DNA of 64,000 nucleotides from Candidatus Thorarchaeota archaeon (lineage in GTDB: Archaea > Asgardarchaeota > Thorarchaeia > Thorarchaeales > Thorarchaeaceae). The stretch is taken from NCBI GenBank assembly GCA_029855935.1, contig JAGSHN010000004.1:64001-128000 (forward strand), given 5' to 3'. The position numbers and the translations under genes were made by a program. The notes beneath the pieces are model-generated. The model was given only the letters and a program-made list of their open reading frames with translations. It ran no database searches and was not told where the DNA came from. This document shows, piece after piece, positions 38,673-46,861 of this stretch (the stretch's first letter is position 1; every line of letters begins with the position of its first letter).

Positions 38673-39491
38673 CTACAGAACGCGAATCTCCGACTCCAAG
38701 ATGCGTTCCTCTTGAGAGGACATCACCGCGTACAACTCTATGTGATCCAAGAGCTGGGGGGCGCTTCGAATCTTCTTCTCTAGCAGCTCTTGAATCTGGA
38801 ATATGCCGGATGCATTGTTCATCTCAACGACTATACGCACCGGCTTCTCCGTGCCCCGTACGATACGAACCCGACGGATTGCCATGGCTGATGCCGAATG
38901 GATGTTCACCTTGCCGGCCTCAAAGGGGATTCTAGCCCTGCCTGAAGTCATGTCCAGTGCATCGGCAACACCGACAACCCCAGCCTCGACTGTTGTCGGA
39001 CGGATTAGCTTGTCATGAGCATAGATTGCGTGTAGTGCATGGCCTCTAATATGAACCTGCTTGTGCCGATCATCAGGGCAGACCTTTGTGAGAATTCTGT
39101 CGATGATTGGGATTGCCAAAGTGACCGAGAACTCGTTGTGGCGCTCGCGATGTACGCTCATGCCAATGTCATGAAGATAACACGCTAGAAGAACAACTAG
39201 CTGTGAGTCCTCGAAGACACCTGTTCCCTCTTCGACTATTGTCGGCTGGACCCTCGCGGCAAGGGCCTTCAGAAGTTCCATGCCGTTCTTTGTGACGATT
39301 AGTGAGTGTATGTGTCCGTGATCAGAGTAACCGAGACGGTCTATGGCCATCCGGTTGGTGTCTTCAAGCATTGTCTGGATCTCGATGTCTGCCTCGAGCT
39401 CATCAAATGCCGCCAGACAGATTGGCGAGTCCCGAAAGAGCGACCGAACGCGCGCGCGCAAGGTACGTCTGCTGTGCTTCTGTTTCGACAA
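38673..39491 (-). CDS. HD-domain phosphohydrolase (COG3294-like)
   Basis: RLGYSDHG..H, YLHDIG..VHR..H, ADALDM..GRARIP. Confidence 0.88.
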   Translation of the reverse strand: MSKQKHSRRTLRARVRSLFRDSPICLAAFDELEADIEIQTMLEDTNRMAIDRLGYSDHGHIHSLIVTKNGMELLKALAARVQPTIVEEGTGVFEDSQLVVLLACYLHDIGMSVHRERHNEFSVTLAIPIIDRILTKVCPDDRHKQVHIRGHALHAIYAHDKLIRPTTVEAGVVGVADALDMTSGRARIPFEAGKVNIHSASAMAIRRVRIVRGTEKPVRIVVEMNNASGIFQIQELLEKKIRSAPQLLDHIELYAVMSSQEERILESEIRVL

Positions 39492-39526
39492 TTCATCTCG
39501 CCTCTACAGGTCATCTACACAATGAA

Positions 39527-40369
39527 TCAAGCGGCTGATAGTGTTCTAGAGCTGCGGTTCCTTATGAAGAGCACAATCGTAAACAGCAAATAGAGGGAAT
39601 AGGCCACTACCTCTAGAGCTGACGGATTACCATTGTACCCGAATAGTCCCTTGAGAATCCCGCCAACAAGCCCGTTCTCGTGAAGGAGCGGGAATGTTCC
39701 GTCATCCATCAGGGGAGGGTTGAGATTCCAGACCTCAAGTGGACCGATAAGGAGAAGGCCTGCCTCCTGTAGTTCGTGGATTCCGTAGCTGAACATCCCA
39801 GCTGCTATGAAGATGAGCATGATAGAGCTCCACTTAAGCATGGAGGACGGGCTCAACCGGATTGATCCACGGACCACCGCAAACCCAATCAGCGCTGCAA
39901 GGAGTATCCCGGCCGTGACTGCAATGACAGATGAGGACAGACCCTCAGTAGAGAATGCCATCGTGAATAGGGCCATCTCCACCCCCTCTCGCAAGATTAG
40001 TACGAATCCCAACGAGAAGATGCCGATACGACTGCCCGTCATAGTCTGTTGCTCGACTGAGGTTTCAATCTCCTGACGCATCTGTGACCCCCTGCGGGCC
40101 ATCCACACCAGCATCGTCGTCAGCAGGATGGCTGCAAATATCATCAGAAGACCTTCGAATACTGGAAGAACCTCAGGGTCGATACTCGCCCAAGAGAGTG
40201 CCAGAAGAGCGCCGAAACCAATGCTCACAAGTGCCGCTGTCACAACACTCGAAACTACAGCGGGTAGCAGGCTGTACCTCCCCGTCCTCACCAGATAGGA
40301 AACGATTGTCGCGACTATAAGGGCGGCCTCTAACCCTTCACGGAATATTATGAGCATGAGTGCAATCAT
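39527..40369 (-). CDS. FTR1/EfeU high-affinity iron permease
   Basis: Two REGxE motifs (REGLE, REGVE), 7 TM, HELQEAG, LFGY. Confidence 0.92.
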   Translation of the reverse strand: MIALMLIIFREGLEAALIVATIVSYLVRTGRYSLLPAVVSSVVTAALVSIGFGALLALSWASIDPEVLPVFEGLLMIFAAILLTTMLVWMARRGSQMRQEIETSVEQQTMTGSRIGIFSLGFVLILREGVEMALFTMAFSTEGLSSSVIAVTAGILLAALIGFAVVRGSIRLSPSSMLKWSSIMLIFIAAGMFSYGIHELQEAGLLLIGPLEVWNLNPPLMDDGTFPLLHENGLVGGILKGLFGYNGNPSALEVVAYSLYLLFTIVLFIRNRSSRTLSAA

Positions 40370-40447
40370 TATCAACAGACCGTTAACAATGGTTAATATC
40401 TTAAGTGATTTGGTGCGCACGTAAAATGGAGGCCAATAGGACGGAGA

Positions 40448-40535
40448 TGGTGCGGAGGGCGAGATTTGAACTCGCGAACTTCTACAAGACCAGATCCTAA
40501 GTCTGGCGCCTTTGACCTGGCTTGGCTACCTCCGC
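40448..40535 (-). tRNA. tRNA-Leu(TAG)
   Basis: Reverse complement GCGGAGG...CCAGA-CTTAGGA-TCTGG, long variable arm, GTTCAAATC, CCA. Confidence 0.95.
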
Positions 40536-40611
40536 ATAGACAGGGGTGGCAACCGGGGAACGACGTATCAACTCCGCAGACAGGGAATTATAACCATTTG
40601 GGCGGGGTCAA

Positions 40612-40746
40612 TCACGCCTCAACAGTCCATACCTTTTTGCAGCGGGGACAGCGATAGTTCTTTCTATACCGACCATTCCCGACAAGTTCCCGCTTCACAA
40701 GTGCTACATCCCGATTGCCACATCTTGGACAAACAACTTCAGTCAT
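40612..40746 (-). CDS. Small zinc-ribbon protein (44 aa)
   Basis: MTEVVCPRCGNRDV...YRCPRCKKVW, two CPxC motifs; GGGTG SD before ATG 40746. Confidence 0.7.
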   Translation of the reverse strand: MTEVVCPRCGNRDVALVKRELVGNGRYRKNYRCPRCKKVWTVEA

Positions 40747-40852
40747 GAGGCTAGGCACCCTGCACTCGCCTACACAGATGTGAATATCTAGTTTGTTGCG
40801 ATGGCATGTGCCTGGCAGTCGGAAGACTATCGGACCACGAGAGCAGTGAGTC

Positions 40853-40870
40853 ATGTCACAACGTTTTTAT
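40853..40870 (+). promoter_or_regulatory. BRE/TATA promoter of rps3ae
   Basis: ATGTCACAACGTTTTTAT, identical to 26785-26802. Confidence 0.6.
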
Positions 40871-40984
40871 TGGCCTCGTAGAAAGTCGCGCAGACCCCTG
40901 CCTAAAGAAGAAGAGTGGGGCCTTGCCATTCCCTGGACCGCCCTAATTGTTGGTCCGATGGTCCAGTGAGAGAGTGATGTCGAC

Positions 40985-41635
40985 ATGTCCTCAAGAAGTA
41001 GACAGGCATCTGCACGGACACGTGACAAGTGGAGAGAGAAAGAGTGGTACACGATACTGGCACCAGACTACTTCGATAACAAGGAGATAGGTCTCACTCC
41101 AGCCAGTGACCCAGGCCTGCTCATCGGCCGGACTGTCCAACCCACCCTCTACGAACTCACCGGGGACTATATCAAGAATCACGATCGCGTCAAGATCAAG
41201 TTCAAGATCGTAGAGGTCGTGGGTAAACAGGCCAAGACCGTCTTCCACGGCCACGACTGGAGCTCTGATTATCTGCGAGGACTAATCAGACGAGGAACAT
41301 CACGAATAGACTGGATTGGCCCAATCCTCACCAAGGACGACTACCTGATGAGGATATCGGTCATCGTCTTTACGACAAAGAGAGCAAAGACCAGCCAAGA
41401 ACACGCCGTACGAAAGGCCATCGAGAAGGTGATCAGAGCTCACGCCAAGAAGCACTCGTTTGACGAGCTGGTCCAGAAGGTTGTGCTGGGCGATTTGGCG
41501 GCGGAGGTGCGCCAAGAGGTAGAGCCCATCATTCCAATAAGAGAGTGCGAGATTCGCAAGAGCAAGGTGCTCAAGGGGCCGGAGGAGGTCAAGGCCCGGC
41601 GCGCTAGACTCCGCAGAGGGGCGTCGGCAGGCTGA
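40985..41635 (+). CDS. rps3ae: 30S ribosomal protein eS1 (S3Ae)
   Basis: RDKW.EK.WY.I.AP, GRT, DYLR.LIRR.TSRID, I.PIR..EIRKSKV. Confidence 0.96.
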   Translation: MSSRSRQASARTRDKWREKEWYTILAPDYFDNKEIGLTPASDPGLLIGRTVQPTLYELTGDYIKNHDRVKIKFKIVEVVGKQAKTVFHGHDWSSDYLRGLIRRGTSRIDWIGPILTKDDYLMRISVIVFTTKRAKTSQEHAVRKAIEKVIRAHAKKHSFDELVQKVVLGDLAAEVRQEVEPIIPIRECEIRKSKVLKGPEEVKARRARLRRGASAG

Positions 41636-41827
41636 AACTCACAGTCGAGCTCTGAGGAGCATACTACCAGTCAGAGACATATGAGTCCGCGACGACATTC
41701 ATAGATTGTGTACCACAAACGAACCGAGTTTCAGTCTGAGGGCCGCCTCAAGTTCCGAGGGGGCATCTGAAAGAATATATGGTGCGCCGGGGTCTGCACA
41801 CTGGACTCATCGAGTTGGTGTCCCAGA

Positions 41828-42238
41828 ATGCCTCCAAAGGACATGAACATCATAGTCTTTGGCTGTATGCAATGCATGTATGCCGCCGCCGACCTAGCCG
41901 GAACGATGAAGCTCCAATATGATGCCAGCGCCAGAATAATCAGGATGCCGTGTACTGCGCGGCTGGACATCAATTTCATTCTCAAAGCATTGCAGGAGGG
42001 CGCCGATGGGGTCCTTGTTGTCGGATGCCATCCGGGCGACTGCGCATACAAGACTGGCAACTTGGGGGCAGAGAGACGAGTCCGTTTTGCGAGAAAGCTG
42101 ATTGGACAACTTGGTCTGAATGAGGACCGTGTCAAGATGGTCTTCGTCAGTGCAGCAGAGGGGGACAAGTTCGCTGCAGAGGTCAATAAGTTTGCAGATC
42201 AGATTCGCAAGATAGGTCCAAATCCAATCCGTCTATGA
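41828..42238 (+). CDS. mvhD: Hydrogenase Fe-S subunit MvhD/VhuD (all-Cys)
   Basis: C.QC.Y.AADLAG, R.PCT.R, GADGVLV.GCHPGDC.Y..GN, SAAEG.KF. Confidence 0.93.
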   Translation: MPPKDMNIIVFGCMQCMYAAADLAGTMKLQYDASARIIRMPCTARLDINFILKALQEGADGVLVVGCHPGDCAYKTGNLGAERRVRFARKLIGQLGLNEDRVKMVFVSAAEGDKFAAEVNKFADQIRKIGPNPIRL

Positions 42239-42331
42239 TAGATTCCACACCCGACTAGGACACCGCAATGAAGCTGTGTAGTTGGAGGGTGTACCAAGAT
42301 CAAGGACCGAGTCATTCATAGAAGAGAGATA

Positions 42332-42416
42332 TGGCGCCGAGGACGAGATTCGAACTCGCGAGCCACAAGGGCAACGGTTTTCGAGACCGTCTCCGTAACC
42401 ACTTGGATACCTCGGC
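42332..42416 (-). tRNA. tRNA-Ser(CGA)
   Basis: Reverse complement GCCGAGG...ACGGT-CTCGAAA-ACCGT, long variable arm, GTTCGAATC, CCA. Confidence 0.95.
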
Positions 42417-42507
42417 GCAGTTGGAAGGCCTAGGGGGTGGGTTCCCAAGTATAAGAGATTCGTAAATAGGATTTAATGTTAATGCTAGTGCACGTGTCAA
42501 TGGATTG

Positions 42508-43905
42508 TTAATGAGTGCGCTGTGCGGAATCGATGGCTCTGTGCATGACCGATCGTGCGATTGAAACAACTCGGTTGAGTGCATGTTCCGTTCTTGCTCC
42601 AGCATATAGACGTGCCTTGGGCTCTGTTCCAGAAACCCTGACAAGTACGTAGGAGCCATCACTGCACTCGACGCGTACCCCATCTATGTCGAGGACACGA
42701 TCAACGTGCGGGATCTCCTCAGGTAGAGTCTTCAGAACGAAATCCATGAAGGGACGTTTGACGTCATCGGGACAGTCGATATGCTCACGCAGCATCGGAT
42801 ACTTGGGAATAGACGCCATCAGACGCTTGCAGCTACCGTACCCAATCTCTTTGACGAGCTGGGCGAAACGTACAGCACCGACAGTTCCATCCATCCATAG
42901 GCCTAGGTCTACGAATATGGGTTTCCACGGTTCAGAGGCAAAGACAATCTCATCTGCACGTACACCAACGAACTGCTCCTGAAGTGATCCCAAGGGGACG
43001 CGCACCACTTCTCCCCCAGCACGTGAAACAATCTCGTCAATCACACTTGAGGTGTCAATCGATACAACAATCACGCCTGACCCTCTGCGTTCCAACTCGT
43101 CACGTGCAAAGACCGCGATGACGCGGTTCTGGTCGATGAACGAGCCATCTTCATCTAGCACGGCGACCCGATCCCCATCACCGTCATGACAAAGCGCCAC
43201 CGAAACGTTCAATTCTGCGGTCATCTGCATGGTATCTTCAAGGTTCTTCGGGGATGGTTCGGCGGGGCGGCCGGGAAAATGACCATCCTGATGGGAGTTG
43301 ACGGCTACCACCGAGAAACCAAAGCTTCCGAGTAGCCTAGGCGTATAGGATGATGCGGCCCCATTGGCGAGATCAACCAACACCCTCGTTCCCTCGCCAC
43401 TGCCTCCACGAGAGGCGAGGAACTCCCGGACGTGACGCATGTAAGGGACAGACGGCTCTTGGCGGAGAACCCTACCAATGCGGTGCCATGGGGCCGAGCG
43501 GAAGTCGTGACTAAAGATGCGGTTCTCTATGTGACTTTCTTCTGCGTGAGTGAATTCACGACCAGCCTTGAAGAACTTGAAGCCATTGTCGGATGGAGGA
43601 TTGTGACTGGCCGTGATGATGACAGATGCGTCAATACCATTGACTGAACTGAAGAATGCCACATTAGGCATCGATGCGACACCCAGATTGACGACATTCA
43701 CTCCCGTGGACAAAGCACCGCTGACGAAAGCGTTCAGAAGCATTGTACGCGAGGTTCGTGCGTCCGTTGCAACGGCAATGGTGGCATTGCCGTTCAACTC
43801 GCTTCCTAGAGCACGACCAAGGCCAAGTGCCAAGTCGATGTCTACGCGATCGAGGCCGCCTCGAATTCCTGAGGTTCCAAAGAGGCGTCGTCGTCTTCGA
43901 GCCAT
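42508..43905 (-). CDS. Alpha-D-phosphohexomutase family enzyme (PGM/PMM or phosphopentomutase-like)
   Basis: LFGTSGIRG, ITASHNP, DGDGDR, R.SGTEPK.R. Confidence 0.92.
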   Translation of the reverse strand: MARRRRRLFGTSGIRGGLDRVDIDLALGLGRALGSELNGNATIAVATDARTSRTMLLNAFVSGALSTGVNVVNLGVASMPNVAFFSSVNGIDASVIITASHNPPSDNGFKFFKAGREFTHAEESHIENRIFSHDFRSAPWHRIGRVLRQEPSVPYMRHVREFLASRGGSGEGTRVLVDLANGAASSYTPRLLGSFGFSVVAVNSHQDGHFPGRPAEPSPKNLEDTMQMTAELNVSVALCHDGDGDRVAVLDEDGSFIDQNRVIAVFARDELERRGSGVIVVSIDTSSVIDEIVSRAGGEVVRVPLGSLQEQFVGVRADEIVFASEPWKPIFVDLGLWMDGTVGAVRFAQLVKEIGYGSCKRLMASIPKYPMLREHIDCPDDVKRPFMDFVLKTLPEEIPHVDRVLDIDGVRVECSDGSYVLVRVSGTEPKARLYAGARTEHALNRVVSIARSVMHRAIDSAQRTH

Positions 43906-43964
43906 TGTACGAAAAGCCTCGTCAGCGGACTGTAGCATGCACAAGATGAGTCTTCCGAAACGCA

Positions 43965-44939
43965 TTAGTCGCGAGGTAACGCCAAATCCACTATGTCCTT
44001 TGCGGCCTCACCAATCTTCTGTAGACTGTCAATCACCAGCAGGAGGGGTTGCAGGAACTCGCTCGAAGAGCCGATTAAATCCTGTCTGAGGGAAGCAGTC
44101 GACTTCGTGAGATTCTTCTCCGCATTCATGACCCACGCCACCTTCTCAGCATCGAATCTGAAGAGATTGGTCACTGACCGTGAGAGCATCTCCTGAGCCA
44201 GATCAGCAATCTCACGAACACGATCCACCAGCGCAGATGAGATAGGTCGCTCCGTCTGAGAGGCGATGTCAACAGCCAAGTCAGCGACTCTCTCGATATA
44301 CTGCACTGCGAGACGAAAGTCCAGCGCCTCGACAGGTGCAATGCTCATCTTCTCGGATACGCTGGGGTATTGAATAGCCGATCTAAGCTCACGGACTATC
44401 AGGAAGAACAGTCGGTCAACCTCCTCATCACGCATCTGTACTGCCGATGCAAGAGATCTGTCCCCTGAGAGGAACGCCGTAAGAGCATCGCGTAACATTC
44501 TCGTTGCCAACAGGTTCATCCGCTTCATGGCCTTGTTGACAGGGATTGTGGAGGGGTCGACCAGACATTGTACAACCAGCTGTCGCTCATCCTCATCGGT
44601 AATCTCGAGCGCCACAAACCGCTTGATTATTGTTTCGAGTTCTTCGCGTTGTTCATCGGTTATTGGAGAGTCACTGATGACTCTGATTTCATCAAATCCC
44701 AGCAGGTACTTACTTGTGATACTCCAGCGAAGGTTGGAACTGATGCTGACAGTAGTTGTGCGCGGCTCTCCTGCCTTGGGCAATCGTGGGTCCACAATCA
44801 GACAGCCGTCCTCGCGTTCTGACACAACAACAGGGTCACCCTTCTTTAGATTCTGTCTGACGACCCATTCCTTGGGCAGGATTATGAGGAATGAGCTGCC
44901 ATTCTTTCCGCCAGTCTGTTGCAATCTTCTAATGTCCAT
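43965..44939 (-). CDS. phoU: AbrB-PhoU fusion phosphate-uptake regulator
   Basis: RRLQ.TGG..SF.I.LPKEW, Y..GFD.I, RDEEVDRLFF, ERVAD. Confidence 0.9.
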   Translation of the reverse strand: MDIRRLQQTGGKNGSSFLIILPKEWVVRQNLKKGDPVVVSEREDGCLIVDPRLPKAGEPRTTTVSISSNLRWSITSKYLLGFDEIRVISDSPITDEQREELETIIKRFVALEITDEDERQLVVQCLVDPSTIPVNKAMKRMNLLATRMLRDALTAFLSGDRSLASAVQMRDEEVDRLFFLIVRELRSAIQYPSVSEKMSIAPVEALDFRLAVQYIERVADLAVDIASQTERPISSALVDRVREIADLAQEMLSRSVTNLFRFDAEKVAWVMNAEKNLTKSTASLRQDLIGSSSEFLQPLLLVIDSLQKIGEAAKDIVDLALPRD

Positions 44940-45097
44940 ATTCTAACCGCCTGTCACTCCGTATCCAGACAACGCTCCAATGGTTTACACCGATACTCCT
45001 GAGTCAAGTACCTTGTTGTCAGCACATAGCGTCTGACTCGGGACATCTGCGCCTGAACCTTTAAGACGAATTGACAAATCACAGTTGCGATGGATAA

Positions 45098-46852
45098 TTG
45101 AATCCCAAGGTACGAAAGACAATTCTGAAGAGATTTGTGACTTCGGGCTTTCAGATTGCTCCTGACGCGCTTGACCTCATCACCAACTCCGATGGACCAG
45201 CAGAAACTGCGGAACGCGTGCTGAGGGCAATCACAGGACACAGCACAGGCGTCGTCATCTCACGGTCAGTTGTTGAGAGAATCCTCAGTGGGACCTGGGG
45301 AGAAGAAGAGAAGGAAGAGAGCCAAGCGGAGAACACAGGCCGTGTGACCGTAGCAATGATGGATAATACCGAGACCTGTACAGAGAAGAGCGGTACCGCT
45401 TGTGTAGATGGTGCGATTGTAGCAAGCGAAGAAACGGAAAACGAGGCTCACGAACAAGATAAGGAAGAGCCACAGCAGACGGACAGGACACCAATAAGGA
45501 AGATTAAGAACCCAACACTTGATTCCCTCACTGCCGAGGGGACAATTGAGGATTTTCACGCTCTGTTCCTAGATCGATTTGAGAGGATAAAATCGCTGTA
45601 CTCACGGCGTGTTGACACACAGGGCGCCCTCTCACTGTCTGCGGCAAAGTCGCTGAGATATGAGGCATACAGGCGTAAGGCACTGAGAAAGGGAGGCGGC
45701 CCTCCAGAGAGGTCACTCTCAATCAAGGTTATTGGAATGGTGAGAAACAAGAGGGTCTCTCGGTCGAGGAACACAATCATTGAACTGGAGGACTTGGAGG
45801 ACACTCTCACTTGCATCATACCCAACAACCGACCAGGCAAGGAGGGGCAGATGCTTGCAGAGAGTGGGAATCTTCTACTTCTTGACGAGGTGATATGCAT
45901 CTCTGGTACGATTGATCAGGATGGCCGCCTAATAGCAGATGGTGTGATCTTTCCAGATATTCCAGTTTCACGCTTAGGAGGACGCGCCCAGAGAGACACC
46001 TATGCTGCATTCATTTCGGATATCCACTATGGCTCAAAGGAGTTCCTAGAGGACGAGTTTGACCGGTTCATCGATTGGTTGAGAGGCGTGGATGTAGATA
46101 CCCAAGACAGATCTATGGTGTCGAGAGTCGAATATCTGTTCATAGCTGGCGACTTGTGCGATGGGGTTGGTGTCTATCCAACGCAACAGGAGGATCTCCT
46201 CATCACAAGTGTCCGTGAGCAGTATGAAGAGCTCGCCCGCAAGCTCAGACGGCTACCAGAGCGAATCAAGATAATCTGTATCCCCGGAAACCACGATGCG
46301 AGCCGACAGGCTCTCCCGAGACCGCCAATACCGGAGGAGTTTGCAGAGGGACTGTACAGACTCGGGGATCGGGTGGTAATGCTCGGAGATCCCAGTCAGA
46401 TTGTTGTTGAGGGGGTCAATGTGCTTCTTGTGCATGGTGATTCACTTGATGACCTTGTGACTCAGATTCCGGGAGCATCATACAGGAGGCCTGCCCTTGC
46501 AATGAAAGAACTCCTGCGCAAGAGGCATCTCGCTCCACTCTATGGGGGCAAGACAGAGCTGGCACCAGGCCATCGTGACTGGCTTGTGATAGAGGACGTT
46601 CCGGACATAGTGCATTTCGGTCACGCACATCACAACGCAGTGGACAACTATCGTGGAGTACAGATCATCAATTCTGGAACATTTCAGTCTCAGACAGACT
46701 TTATGAGAAAGCAGGGAATAGAACCAACACCGGGAATAGTGACACTTGTCAATCTCCATACCGGCGCTCCCACTGTACGGGTGTTCTACGACTTTGCCAC
46801 ATCAGGAGATGTGGCTGTGAGAGCAAGTGGTCGGACAGTGTCATCCTCCTAG
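45098..46852 (+). CDS. polB: DNA polymerase D small (exonuclease) subunit DP1
   Basis: OB fold plus phosphoesterase motifs SDIHYGS, GDLCDG, PGNHD, HG, RHLAP.YG, HFGHAH, NSGTFQ. Confidence 0.96.
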   Translation: MNPKVRKTILKRFVTSGFQIAPDALDLITNSDGPAETAERVLRAITGHSTGVVISRSVVERILSGTWGEEEKEESQAENTGRVTVAMMDNTETCTEKSGTACVDGAIVASEETENEAHEQDKEEPQQTDRTPIRKIKNPTLDSLTAEGTIEDFHALFLDRFERIKSLYSRRVDTQGALSLSAAKSLRYEAYRRKALRKGGGPPERSLSIKVIGMVRNKRVSRSRNTIIELEDLEDTLTCIIPNNRPGKEGQMLAESGNLLLLDEVICISGTIDQDGRLIADGVIFPDIPVSRLGGRAQRDTYAAFISDIHYGSKEFLEDEFDRFIDWLRGVDVDTQDRSMVSRVEYLFIAGDLCDGVGVYPTQQEDLLITSVREQYEELARKLRRLPERIKIICIPGNHDASRQALPRPPIPEEFAEGLYRLGDRVVMLGDPSQIVVEGVNVLLVHGDSLDDLVTQIPGASYRRPALAMKELLRKRHLAPLYGGKTELAPGHRDWLVIEDVPDIVHFGHAHHNAVDNYRGVQIINSGTFQSQTDFMRKQGIEPTPGIVTLVNLHTGAPTVRVFYDFATSGDVAVRASGRTVSSS

Positions 46853-46861
46853 GCTCAGGCA

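Noticed and set aside
42239-42300. Hairpin downstream of mvhD as a possible SECIS element
   Set aside because: mvhD has no internal TGA, the stop is TGA-TAG, and the ATGA falls in the apical loop rather than in a GA-quartet core
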